From Rhizodiscina lignyota (Eukaryota): a DNA stretch of 64,000 bases. Position 1 is the stretch's first letter, and each line of letters starts with the position of its first letter. Both the position numbers and the translations under genes were made by a program. The notes under the pieces were generated by a model. That model was not told where the DNA came from and searched no databases. It saw nothing but the letters and a program-made list of their open reading frames with translations. Below are positions 26,643-39,224 of the stretch, piece by piece. The stretch lies in contig ML978123.1 of NCBI GenBank assembly GCA_010015805.1, positions 558,001 to 622,000 on the forward strand, read 5' to 3'.

Positions 26643-27704
26643 GCTCGACAATTACAGAAAAGCCTGCCTTGGCTTTCATGGCATTGAGTAACTGGAATGT
26701 ATTCCCCTCTAGAAGCAGCAAATTGTATGCAGGTCTACATAGAATAGCCTTGTTTTATGCGCTCCAAATGACGTAGGACTACACTTTCAGAGGTGATATC
26801 GCTTACCTTGAAGTGCGGAAGCTGCTTGCTCTTCGGCATTCCAGCCCGCCCAACGGCTAACTATTCTGTGACCCTCGAGAAATGTAGATTATCCTTCAAT
26901 CAAGCAGCGTTTATATCTAGCTAAACACCGTCTTCGTTCTGATAGCATTTGCAAAGTACAATATCGCATTGTTAACGTCCATCCTTGCGTCGCAAGAACC
27001 TGCCATGTACCGTACTGAGAAAGAAAATAGGTGTATTTGACTTGGAGTAACTTAAACTGTGCACACATCGAAATCTCCCATAGTTCTAGGTCGTACACTG
27101 TGTCTATGTAGTCCTGAACACCTGGGACCCCTCTATCGAAAATTACGTTCGCATCGTCAAGTCCCCTTCGCGCCTAATTTGCGGAGAGCCACCTTTCATA
27201 GCGTAACAGGATTTCTCCACCACAGCACCACCACCAAGCTTGTGCTATTGGCGAAAATCACAAACGACCCTTAGCCGAGCCTTAGAGTCCTCATCAGCCT
27301 TATGACTATGTACTGTGGCGCGCAAAATCCATGCAAGGTCGCCACGACTGTCCAATCAAGGAGATCAATGATCCTGGTTAGCACGCTCGTCCCGCATATT
27401 AGTTACATGGGGCGGTCGGTCATAACTGACACTCCACCATATCAATATTCAGTTATGACCGACCGCCTACAGTGTATTATTATAGCTCGTCTTGTCTCTG
27501 GCTAAGGTATCCCCTGCCCATTACCTTCCATATTTCCCGCGCGACGCTCTTTTTCCTCTGCTCTTGGTGTATTTTTCAACCCGGCTATACGTTCTCATAA
27601 GCACTTTCATAATCTTCCGCCGTATCAGATATTCTCATCACTTCTAGATTCGGACATTGTGCTGTTACCTGGTCTGGCCGCGTCTGGGCCTGCCACCCGC
27701 TGCC

Positions 27705-29194
27705 ATGGGTCTCGCGTCAGACAGTCTATATTTTGCTCTGCATCCGGACCAGCTATGGATGATAGTACAATGGTGGGTCTGAATCCGTATCCAGATTTTC
27801 CGCATCCGTTGCATGGTTGGCGAACCTTGCTGACCAGTGTCCATTATTCGTGGTAGGAAACTGCAGCGTCGCCCTATACACGGGAGAAACAAAAAGCACG
27901 AGTCTGCAACGGCAAAGATCTGCTTCGATTTTCTAGATGAGACCGGTCGCAGCTTCAGCTCAGTCGTCCAGGAGCTGCACCCTGAGCTGCTATTGCCCGT
28001 GTGCGTGTTCTATCTTATACTGCGTGGCCTCGATACCATTGAGGATGACACCTCGATCCCTCTCGAGACAAAGGAGCCGCTCCTTCGAACTTTCAAAGAG
28101 AATCTGGAGCAGGACGGATGGACGTTCACTGGCAATCGCCCGGAAGAAAAGGACCGCCAACTATTGGTGCAGTTCGACAACGTCGTTACCGAGTTCAAGA
28201 AACTGAAACCAGTCTACCAAGCAATCATCAAGGACATAACCGACAAAATGGGAAATGGTATGGCCGATTTCGCGCGGAAGGCGGCTTACGGGGATATCAG
28301 CGTGAATACCGTCGACGAGTATGACCTCTATTGCTGGCACGTAGCTGGTATAGTTGGCGAGGGTCTGACCCACCTCTTCGTTGAGGCTGGGCTGGGCGAG
28401 GCAACCTTGATCCACTACTCCCATCTGTACAAATCCATGGGTCTCTTACTGCAGAAGAACAACATCATTCGCGACATTCGGGAAGATTACGATGACGGTC
28501 GCTGTTTCTGGCCCAAAGAGATATGGTCCAAGCACGTCGATAACTTTGAGGACCTGTTCGAACCCGAGAAGCTCGAGCTTGCCCTGAACTGCAGCTCCGA
28601 GATGGTATTGAATGCATTGGGGCATGCAAGCGACTGCTTGTCGTACCTTGTTGGCTTGCGCGAGCAGAGCGTGTTCAACTTTTGTGCTATTCCCCAGTCC
28701 ATGGCCATGGCTACGCTGGAGTTGTGTTTCCGCAATCCGGCCCTCTTCGAACGAAACATCAAAATTACCAAGGGAGATGCGTTCCAACTGATGATTGAGT
28801 CCAGCCAAGGTATTGAGGGTGTGTGCGAGGTCTTTTGTCGTTATGTCTACCGAATTCAACAAAAGAACGACCCCAAGGACCCGAATTTCTTGAGCATTAA
28901 CATTGCATGCGAACAAGTCGGTACTCCCATAGCTGTCAGTTTTGTTAGCAGATGGCTGACTCTGTTTAGGTTGAGAAATTTGCCGAAGCGCTGGCACCAC
29001 AGAGCATCGAACTTGCCAAGGGCAAGACCAAGTGGAAGGCTTTGGTCGCGGATGAGGAGCGATTCCAGCATCAAGCTCGCTTCAATGAAGAGATTTGGTC
29101 CACTACTGGACGAGTGCTTGCTATTTTAGCAGTCATCTTGATACTGGTACTGGGAGCGGCCTGGCTCATGGCAGCCCGCTTTAATCTTGCCTGA
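27705..29194 (+). CDS. ERG9: Squalene synthase (farnesyl-diphosphate farnesyltransferase), divergent ERG9-like
   Basis: [19 protein letters not shown], intron 27773-27856, then [48 protein letters not shown]. Intron 28917-28969 precedes an exon with a C-terminal TM anchor ([18 protein letters not shown]). May be a paralog rather than the housekeeping copy. Confidence 0.93.
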
Positions 29195-32100
29195 CCTCTT
29201 GCGTTATAAAGAGGCACCGACACTTTATCAGGGCACATGCCGCGAGTTTAAACAGACGCTCGGGTCTCAACATGTAACAGGATGCGGAGCAGAACGACCA
29301 AAAGCACAAAGGGTATTGGATGACAATTGAAACGACCACAAAACAACATTCACCGTTACCCACTGCTTCTCACATTCGCATTCCGATAAAACCATATCCG
29401 CAGTGGCAAGCAGTAGTGGGAAGAACAGGTAAAGCTGGGTAGTCGAGCGCTTGCAGGGAAGAATAGCAGAAAGGAATGTAGCAAGCACCTCGTCTAACGA
29501 GATCCACTTTGCTGATTTGGATGCTGCATTTCTAACTCATTACCTAAGGTTGAGCAGAAAGATACTTTACCTTGGATGTCAACAGTCTCATTCGCATCTT
29601 GCCCTCAATTGTTACCGAGGCCCTAAGTTTCATGAGGGGTCTTCAGCGGGCGCTAGACGCATTGTTGCAGGTGTGTACAACAGCACTATTAGTTCCTCAA
29701 AGGGTCCGATGTCTGCATCGCAGATACGGGTACTCCTCATGCTGCACCCCTTCATGAAACTGCCGGAATGGCACTGAGGAATTACGCAGAGCCGCCTTCC
29801 AAGTTCTTGGTATGGAGTACAGTTTGGTAGCGTGTTGTAACATAAACGCCGATCGGACTAGAACTGGTTGCGATCGTCACTTTAAGCATTCGAGAAACGT
29901 TTCCTGGGATTTCCTATGTGGCAATATGCAACTGTCGTCGTGTTTAGCGGTACCTGCGATTGTCGCCAATATATTGCCAATCTGCCAAGGCGCAACACCG
30001 GGGTTCGCAACGGCGTAGAAATGTTGTGTACAAATGTGAAACAGTAACACAACAGCAGCGATGAATACACAAAAAAAATAATCTCCGTTGAATTCTTACC
30101 ATTATCGCGCGACATGAAAAGATTGATACTACAAGCTTCCTTGGCCATTGGGCATGCATAAGAAAATTTTCCTGGGTACGGATATTAATCGTTTAAAGTT
30201 CTCGTGCGCAGAGATCGTCGCGCACGATTGGCCATCGGGATCATCATTCCACAAATGAAGCAAGTCGAAGCTTTAAGAATCTTGGTCAATATCCCGGGCC
30301 TATGGATCCCTGGAAGCACGTTGCATTGACAGTGATGATCTCCACACACTCCCCACTGTCGTTTCACAGCTTGGAAGGAGATTCTTTCTCTCGTCCCTGG
30401 CAATTTTGGGACGTCATTTCCAGACCCCCTGGCGGAAAAGCGCCCAACGGCTTGCGCCACGACAATAGGTTATCTGTGCATACCGTTGGCATCTACACGG
30501 AAGAAATTCCGATGGGAAGATCCCAGATTGGCTGCCACCGTGCCACAACGCCTGCCTGGTCGAGGCTCTGGAAAATTAAAGGAAACGGCCAGTGAGTGAG
30601 GAAGTTTCAAGATGCTGTGAACGTTTGGAAAATTGCACTTTGGAGGGTGGTAGCTTGGTGCCATGTGGAATGTCATTGAATGAATGTCGGTGAATAATTA
30701 AATGCCGTGATTTCCAGGCTTGCGGTATTCGGCGCCGTGAACTGCTGCCTTCTGCGCGTCGCAAGCATGCCAGATCTCGAACGTCGTCATCGGCAGCCAT
30801 GGGTCGCATGAGAAATCTGTGGGGAGGCTGTTGGCGGCGACATGCCCCTCAAACGTTTCGGCGTCGGGGGCAGGTTGCACAACTTGATGGCTGAGCCCCA
30901 TCTTCATTACGACGCTCGTGAAGTGCGAATATGCGCCGGAATATATAATGACCATTCAACGGTGTCAATTACCATGAAGGCTGGTCGTAGACGAATAGCG
31001 AGAGTCGTGATTCATCTCAACAACCACACGATCGTCACGAGGTCTTTCCACGAACGATGATGCTGTTTGACGTGACTCGTCATAGTTCACGCGCCCCAGA
31101 AAAAGTTGAAGTTTGAGACGAAGTCGGGGTGAAAGAGCACCGACTTGCCGACATGCAGGTGGCCGCCAATGAGAGGGCACAGCATCTTCAACCACGTGCG
31201 GCGGCAGCACCGAAGGGGAGGCGCTTCCAGCCGCTCTGGAGGCTGACACTGGGATTCAAGTCAGTTCCCTGCATCTGCTCTCTGTGAATTGACCAAGGTG
31301 GAAGGTCACGGGTGCTGATCATATCCAATTATCCAGACGAGGTACTGTGTACTCAGGTACGGAGGTACTCTGCCGGCGGCAACAAAAAAGCCGGGAAATG
31401 GACGCGTGAGAGGTCAAAAAAGCACTGTGACTGAGCATTACGACGTAGAGTGAGGTCAATGGCTGTGAACAACGTGGTGAATTACGGGCATTGCCCCGAA
31501 AATAGAGAGGCAAGCCTTTGCCTAGTACCTAAAATATGACGCGCGTCTAAGAAAGCTGTTCTGATAGGGGAGCAGCGTGCAAGACAGAGCTATACACGAA
31601 CTATTCTGAGCAATGCCACTGCTCACACGAGCATCAGTCCATCGCCAGTCGGCGAAAATGAGATGGAGCAACGTCCGTTAGGAAGGACATGTCTCTCCGA
31701 CGCAGTGGGCCAAGCCTGGACCTCTCCACTCTCCCCGCGAATTCTGAGGAATGCATGGGCGTGGCGGCGGTTGAAGGCTTCAAGCCGCAATGCACGCCTC
31801 CAGCAAAGAGGGGCGAAACGCTGCTGCCGCTGCATGAAGGAATTGTTTGGTGGGATGATGCTTCACCCGTCACGTCCCGGCTGCCTAGGTAGATTTCGCC
31901 CTGCTCAAGCTGCTCAGCGCGTGTATTACGGGCGGAGAGGGATACGCCTGGTCGTCTCAGAGCGCGTGTAATTTCTTCTGCTCAGCGTCGCAGCCGCCAA
32001 CGTCGTCGGTGCTTGTTGTCGCCGTGATTCTACGTCTCTCATGCCCTGAAGATCAGTGTGGATGATCACACCTGCCTCCAGGAATTAAAGTGCGTGTTCC

Positions 32101-32409
32101 GCGTGCAATGATGGCGCTGCAGGACGCATGGGCAGTGTCAGTGAGACCCTCGCAGACGCAGAGCAAGCCCAAGACCTAGACCACCCCTGCTCCCGTGATC
32201 AGCGGCGCTTCAGTCACTTCCAAGCGCTCACCGAGCGCCGACACCTGCACCAACACCTCCAACCACCACTCCACGCAGACAAAAGGCCCTCACGCCCACG
32301 CCTCTTTCCTTCGTCACCTCTCACGACTTTCACGACATCTATTAACACCACCCAAGCGCACCCAGTCAACGACCTTTCTTTTCTTTCCCCACCCCACTTC
32401 ACTTCAACC

Positions 32410-34605
32410 ATGTCGGCCTTCATCGACTTTCGATCCCGCCGCCAGCGGCGCTTCAGCAACGATTCAGCCTCCTCCACCTCCACCTCCCCCGAAAGACCTC
32501 TGCTAGACGATGACAATGAGTCTTTCATGCTCAACGACAATGAGTCGGTGTCCTCAGTCGCGCCTTCGGTCGTCGACGAGGACATCAGCGACTCCCGGGC
32601 CCGCGACATCGAGGAGCAGAACCGCGTGTCGCCCATCAGTAGACTGCCCGCCGAGATTATGATCGCAGTGTTTTCGCGCCTAGCATCAACCGCAGACCTG
32701 AGGTCGTGCATGCTGGTATCCAGAGAATGGGCCAAGAACAGCGTGCAGCTGCTGTGGCATCGCCCCCAGACCGGGAGATGGGATGCCCTCCACAATGTCG
32801 TGTTGTCCATCCGCAACGCAAACACCTACTTTGACTACTACAACTTGGTGAAACGACTGAACCTCTCGTCTCTGGGCAATCAAGTGAGCGATGGGACGCT
32901 TATGCCCTTCGCCGCGTGCAAGCGCATCGAGCGCTTGACGCTGACAAACTGCCCCAAGCTCACGGACTTGAGTGTCTCGAGAATGATACAAGGCAACCGA
33001 AGCCTTTTGGCGTTGGATGTCACTGGACTTGAGAATATCACCGACGTTACGATGCATGCGGTTGCCGACAACTGCCTCCGGCTACAGGGACTGAATATCA
33101 CAAACTGCCGGAAGGTATCTGATGAATCTCTGGAGCATGTGGCGCGCAGCTGCAGATATGTAAAGAGGGTAAGCCTAGCAGACCGAGTCCGTTTTTGACG
33201 AAATGCTGACATCTACGTGCCACAGCTCAAATTCAATGGCTGTCATCAGTTGACAGACAAGTCCATCGTAGCCTTTGCTCAAAACTGCCGCTCTATCCTC
33301 GAGATTGACCTTGCAGACTGCAGGAACCTCGAGGATGATGCCGTCACAGCGCTCATCAACGAAGGCCACCAGCTCCGCGAGCTCCGCCTGGCGCATTGCA
33401 CGCGTATCACCGACAACGCGTTCCTCAACCTCCCCCAAGATATCACATTCGAGAGCCTCCGCATCCTTGACCTCACGGATTGCGGGGAACTCCAAGACGC
33501 TGGCGTCCAGAAGATTGTCCAGGCCGCCCCCCGTCTGCGCAACCTGGTGTTGGCGAAATGCAGGCAAATTACAGACAGGGCAGTCATGGCAATCACGAAG
33601 CTGGGCAAGAACCTGCATTATGTTCACCTTGGCCATTGCCAGCGCATCACTGATGTTGGCGTGCAGCAGCTAGTCAAGCTTTGCAACCGCATCCGCTATA
33701 TCGATTTGGCATGCTGCTCGAATTTGACGGATGCGTCTGTGCAACAGCTTGCATCCCTGCCAAAGTTGAAGCGTATCGGTCTCGTCAAGTGCGGCAATAT
33801 CACCGACCGCAGCATCTACGCTCTGGCGAAGCCAAAATATCCTTACCAGGGCAGCTCGGCCACGCCGAGTTCTTTGGAGCGAGTGCATCTCAGCTATTGC
33901 ACCCTTCTCAGTTTGAACGGCATTCATGCACTGCTGAATAACTGCCCCAAGCTCACTCACTTGAGTCTTACTGGTGTTCAAGCTTTCCTCCGAGACGATC
34001 TGCTTGTGCACTGCCGCGAGGCGCCTCCGGAATTCAACGACCACCAGCGCGATGTGTTCTGCGTCTTCTCTGGAGACGGCGTCAAGAAGCTCAGGAAACA
34101 GCTCAACGACGATGCCGCGTATCAGCAGTACGACGGTGAGACTGGAATGTACGACGACAGTCTGGATGACTCTGGCGACATGACCATGACCATCGGAAAC
34201 GCGAGCTCGAGCCAGCTCGGCGCAACTGCACAATCGTGGCCTGGCGCCACAGTGCAAGTCCCAACACCGCAGCAGAACCACGGTCAGCACGGTCCACCGC
34301 CACCTCCAGTGCTCTTGCAGATAAACACAAATATCCAGCAACACCAACACGCTACGAATAACGAGGATGAGAACCCGCCAAGCCCGTATAGCGGCGAGCC
34401 AGATCAGCCTCTTGCATTCGACACAGCGATGCCAACGCTGCCGATGTTCCCCACGCAGCATGTCAATCCCCTTTCGGGTTTCTTGCAGGCCAATGCCGAG
34501 CAGTTCCAGCAGTTGAATCTGGCTACGACAGATGCTGACATGCCGGACGTCGATGATATGGAGAAGGTGCCCTCTTCCAGCAACCACAACCGTCACAGCA
34601 CATGA
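32410..34605 (+). CDS. GRR1: SCF E3 ubiquitin ligase F-box/LRR protein Grr1 (GrrA)
   Basis: F-box PISRLPAEIMIAVF...CMLVSREWA; VKRLNL; CKRIERLTLTNC; intron 33169-33225; LRRs including APRLRNLVLAKCRQITD, CNRIRYIDLACC, LPKLKRIGLVKC, SLERVHLSYC; FCVFSG. Confidence 0.96.
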
Positions 34606-35925
34606 ATTTTCTTCTAGCACAAAAGTGTTTCCGGCAATGTGTACGGTTTTTCTTAGAATCTGTTGGCTCTTTTGCATCAAGCGCGGCGTATACCCTTCAT
34701 GACAATCGCTCAAGCATGTTCCTTCTTGGCAATGGAAAGTAAGGCTTAGCGGAGGCACGGTGTCGGATGGCGCAAGGCTTCCCTCGGTTGTGGTGTTCTC
34801 TTTTCTCTTCTCTTCTGTGATTTGGCAACGGCATTGATATCCCACTCTACACATTTTCTCCCTCTCGAAGTTCTTTTAACGCTGTACACGTCCTCAGACG
34901 ACCCGAGTAGTTGCCCTGGGGCAGGCCCGAAGGCTGGTTAGAGCTACATACATGAGCATCAGAATAGCTATGAATCGCAGCGATCAATGAAATGAGAAGA
35001 ACTGAATTCAATATGGAGTGCCTTTAAGCTTCCGACAGTGACCTCGGTGACAAGCGAGATGAGAATCTACTGAAGGCGGCTAGCGCCGTGCCAAGGCATC
35101 CATTAGGTACCTAACATTCAGTACCTCGCACTGAACATCTCTTCCACTTCATCACCAAGTTTTTCTCGGATTTGACGTAACGCAACTCAAAGTTATGTGA
35201 TTTTGAGTTACCTTTCGGGATGTATTCCTTAAGAGTTCATTCAAGTCCTGTCCCGTCCAGCTGAGCAGTGAGAGTTGCCCCATGGAAGCCAGCGCATCCC
35301 CCTTTTCCATCTGTTGCCTTCCTGCAAGCCTCAATGCAAACCACACCAATCAGTGCTCAGAATTACCCCAGGTTCACTCGATGGATACTTCCAACCTTTT
35401 GATTTATATGGCGCATCGAGCTACTGGCTGATTCGCTGTACACCGCGTCTGTTGTAGTGTCATGCATTGTGCTCCTTCAGCCTTGTCTGCTCGTTGCAAC
35501 TTCCGCGCATTTATGACATGGAACAAGATCTTTCATATCCAATCTTCAAAGCCTCAGTTTATTCTATTTTCTTGGGGTTGACGATGACAAAGGACGAAGG
35601 CTCTATAAACCTCAGAAATTGACGGTGGAGAACTTATATTGCGACAGACCCAACCGAGAAATATGCTCGCCCATCTGCTTCCTGCAGCTGGGTCTCTCAA
35701 ATCGATGCCTGTAATGCATGGGGTTCAGGCAGCAACATTGCCCCGCGCTTTCCCCTTCTGCACGCAATGCGCAGTTGCGCAAACCGCGAGCGCGAACGCC
35801 AGTGATGACAAAAACTCGATATCGGACTCCCAACGCTACTTGACTTTCACTTGAGCATCTGGTCTTGACTATCACTTCTACAGATAGTTAATTTATGATA
35901 GCTATGGAGACAACAAAGCCAATTG

Positions 35926-36977
35926 ATGATTTGGGCATCTCTCACCCAGAAACACAATCTTTGCCCCGCGTCTTTTCCAGTTCCTCGTCACTCACATTCC
36001 ATTTCTACTCATGGACAACCTCAATCGTATCATGCGTATCATCCAGTCACTCCAGCTTTGACTGGAAGTTCAGGCTCGAAACTCTCAGGAGCGCAGCTTC
36101 AGCAACAGGGCACCGTGAACCTGGTAGCGGGAACGGCTATTGAACCCCCAAAATCTGCCATATTTTCTGTCTCTCCCTTATTAGCGCCGAAGGAGGAAGT
36201 TCCGAATCTCTTTCTATCAGTGCCAGACTCTTTGACCGCAGACCTCAGCGATGACGACTTCGAATACTCGGCCTCCGAGAGGCTGGGTCTCTCAATTTCC
36301 AGCTCGAGTCGCTCGACCGTGGACTCTGGTGACTGGTCCTTCCGTGGGTCTCCACCGCCCTCGCTCATTAGCAATGTAGACCTCACTCTCTCCTCCCTTT
36401 CATGCCCAGACTAGTAGAAGGAGGTGCTGACGCTGCCTAGGAGCCGAATTCCAGAGACTACACACTTGAATGCATCCTACCTATACCTCGTCGCATATTC
36501 GATTGTAGTCTTTGTTCCAGGCGATTTGATCGGGAAGACAAACTCCGCAGCCACTTTCGAACCCATACGGAGGAGCGTCCCTTCATCTGTACAGTTTGTG
36601 GAAAAGCGTTTGCTGGAGCTGCTCGTAAGCGACACGAACGTCTACATACCAGCGAGAACATATTTGTTGGCAGCGGACAGCTAAATGACGATTCTACCCG
36701 GGGATATGCAACAGAACCTGCTCGAGCTGGTCCCCTTGAGAGACATTTTAAGAGCGAAACCGCGCGTATAAGCATTGACTCCCTACTGAACGACATTGCG
36801 GATCAGTCAACTAAAGAAGACTGCGAGAGCACCAAGATCAATAATCCGCCACATCAGATCTGTGATAATGGAAATGCAGTCGGTGAACATAGCGATAAAT
36901 CTGCTGCAAGTCATATTGATCATTCTCAGCCATCCTCTGATGTCTGCGATGTCTCGGCAGACGTTGGCGAGACCTAA
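35926..36977 (+). CDS. Upstream part of a C2H2 locus: Ser/Pro-rich exon spliced to a degenerate Crz1/CrzA-like zinc-finger exon ending at TAA (possible pseudogene or N-terminal half of a fusion)
   Basis: Phase-0 intron 36376-36440 (GTAGAC...GCTGAC...TAG). The exon from 36441 reads [53 protein letters not shown]. The 5' end is uncertain. Confidence 0.6.
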
Positions 36978-36986
36978 GATCACCGT

Positions 36987-38633
36987 ATGGGAGATGCGCC
37001 GACCGAAAGTATTGTCGGCGAGGTAGGTGTTACAGCCTATCTCAATATCAACTCCACACCCGAACCACCAATCTCCGAGTTTACCCCTCACGCTTCAACT
37101 CCTCGTGCTGAGGAATGTACAACGCCGTCAACTGTACTAGATGAAGATATGGCTGATACTGAAGAAGAGGTTTCAGAGTCAGAAATATCTTTCTCCTCCA
37201 GCGCTGCCTCAACCTCTTTGTGGCCAGAAAGTCCTAATTCCGCTGAACGAGAAGGCATTGCTGCTCCGATTGTGGACGAATCACGGAGGCAGATTGTGGA
37301 TCGCCTTATGCATGAAGTACGTCTTCTCCTCAGCCGGCAGACTGGTATTAGAAGCAGAGCCAGCAGCAATGAGTCTCCTCGTTCTCCGCCACTTCAACAT
37401 AATCATGCAGACCAACCCGCTGGGACTTCATGTAGTGTCTCTAAACGTTCTCGAGATGATGATTCTGGATCAGAAATGCCCGGGGATGGCTCAGGGGACG
37501 GTGGCCCTGCCAAGCGACAAAGACTCAATGTTCCTGCTATATTGGACGAACCTCGCAAATTTGCTTGCCCTTATTTTAAGCGAAATTCACGCTTGCATCA
37601 GCAATACAGATCGTGCGCTGGGCCAGGTTGGAGCACGTGCCATCGTGTCAAGTATGACTGTCATTCTTTAAACAATGCATTACTAACTGGAAACAGAGAA
37701 CATCTCTATCGTAGACACAAGCTTCCAGTGAGATGTCCAAGGTGTTATACTGCTTTCCTGAACGACAAAGAACTCTCCACTCACTATAGACAGCTGGAGA
37801 GCTGCAAAATACAACAAGAACATCCAGTTGAAGGCCTTGACAAAGCCCAAGAGGCACAGCTAAGAAGTAGGAAAAGATTAATCGGGACCGAGGAGCACAA
37901 GTGGAAGGGAATGTATTCGATCCTGTTTCCGGACGATGACGAGGATAGCATTCCGTCTCCATGTAAGTCAATAAAGGCCAGATCCATCCAGACACTAATC
38001 AGACCTTCTTCAGACTATGGGACGGACGGCGACGTGAACGGACAGTCTGACGCGCTTGCGGAGTATGATCGCTATATGGCTCGTGAGCTTCCCCGTCTGG
38101 TCAGAACACAGCTTGAAGCTACTATCATGGGGTTATCTATGCCGCTGGAGAGCCAAATCCAAAGTCAGCTTGTCGACATAGTGCGGAACTGTCAAAAGGA
38201 AGTCTTCAAAGCTTATGCTGCGAATCGCAAACCACAGGCTTGCACGACGGGCACAACCCCAGGGGCTTCATCGACTGAGCCTCCAACTCTGGACATACCT
38301 CCAACCGATACACTCGCAAGTATCAACGCGTTCTTCGCACCTCCGTTCCTTGCAGACAATCTCCTATTTACATTCGAGAATTTACCTCAGAACTCGACCG
38401 AATTCTGCACTGCTCCGGGACCCGTCTCCCTTTCTGATTCCGCCTATGTTTCGCAGAATCCCAGCTTTTTAAATGATCTCGATGCATTTGGGCAGGGTAG
38501 CAGTAATGGGCTTCCACAAGCTGATCCGGCTGCCGACGTCATGGCCAAGTGCCTAGGCTCTGAAGTCCTTGCAAGCGATACACTGCAAGATGATAGCCTT
38601 TGGCCGAACAGCGTAGAGGCTTGGAGCACTTGA
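36987..38633 (+). CDS. Fungal C2H2-type zinc finger domain protein (FACPYFK...CxGPGW family)
   Basis: RKFACPYFKRN...SCAGPGWSTCHRVK, intron 37652-37696, EHLYRRH..RCPRC...H; KWKGMYSILFP...PSP, intron 37963-38013; RELPRLVR. Confidence 0.8.
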   Translation: MGDAPTESIVGEVGVTAYLNINSTPEPPISEFTPHASTPRAEECTTPSTVLDEDMADTEEEVSESEISFSSSAASTSLWPESPNSAEREGIAAPIVDESRRQIVDRLMHEVRLLLSRQTGIRSRASSNESPRSPPLQHNHADQPAGTSCSVSKRSRDDDSGSEMPGDGSGDGGPAKRQRLNVPAILDEPRKFACPYFKRNSRLHQQYRSCAGPGWSTCHRVKYDCHSLNNALLTGNREHLYRRHKLPVRCPRCYTAFLNDKELSTHYRQLESCKIQQEHPVEGLDKAQEAQLRSRKRLIGTEEHKWKGMYSILFPDDDEDSIPSPCKSIKARSIQTLIRPSSDYGTDGDVNGQSDALAEYDRYMARELPRLVRTQLEATIMGLSMPLESQIQSQLVDIVRNCQKEVFKAYAANRKPQACTTGTTPGASSTEPPTLDIPPTDTLASINAFFAPPFLADNLLFTFENLPQNSTEFCTAPGPVSLSDSAYVSQNPSFLNDLDAFGQGSSNGLPQADPAADVMAKCLGSEVLASDTLQDDSLWPNSVEAWST

Positions 38634-39224
38634 GCACTTATCCTTAGCCTAAAGGGCCGTATTGTTTTGTTCCGTTCCTTGGTCTTAGGGGTATGGTTAA
38701 GCGGGCGGAGAGAGATCAATGACCCATGGCAGTATTCAATGTTGATTGGTTGTGTATATACATTAGTACGATTCTCTGCTTTGTACGAGCGTATGTATCA
38801 GTCTCGTAAGTGGTGAGAACCACACTCTGGTGAGGCTCCTCAAGTGCAGTGAACGACAACTGCTCAAAGGCTCAACTATGCTTCAAGAAGCCAGCGTTCG
38901 TACAGCATCTTGCGGACGATCAAGTGGAATTCGCGGTGAAGAGAGCGGGTATGCGAGGCCGTTGCAGATCATTTCTGCTGGGGCATGACGGCCGCTTCAG
39001 CTTGCGCCAAGCTCGGAGCCTCAACTTCAAAGCCAACCCACGTCCCCGATCCTTCGAGAAACCGTTGCCTGAACGCTCATTACACGTATGCGTACCCACA
39101 ATGAATTGAAATTCGCTCAATACTCCCATCCCCCCGATTTCAATGTCGTACGCTCCCCTCTCTCGAGTCCGGAATCCATAGCAAGCGCGGAGCCAGTCTC
39201 ACCTCCAACCCCACAACTACCGCC

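Noticed and set aside
28917..29129. ORF-track C-terminus of squalene synthase (VGTPIAVSF...)
   Set aside because: Read-through of intron 28917-28969; splicing gives the expected transmembrane anchor ending at 29194.
32128..32409. In-frame N-terminal extension of GRR1 from ATG 32128
   Set aside because: C-rich UTR-like sequence; ATG 32410 (CAACCATG) is the more plausible start, though the extension cannot be excluded.
33670..34854. 394-aa minus-strand ORF
   Set aside because: Antisense shadow of GC-rich GRR1 coding sequence. The same applies to many overlapping ORFs opposite the MFS, kinase and thioredoxin genes.
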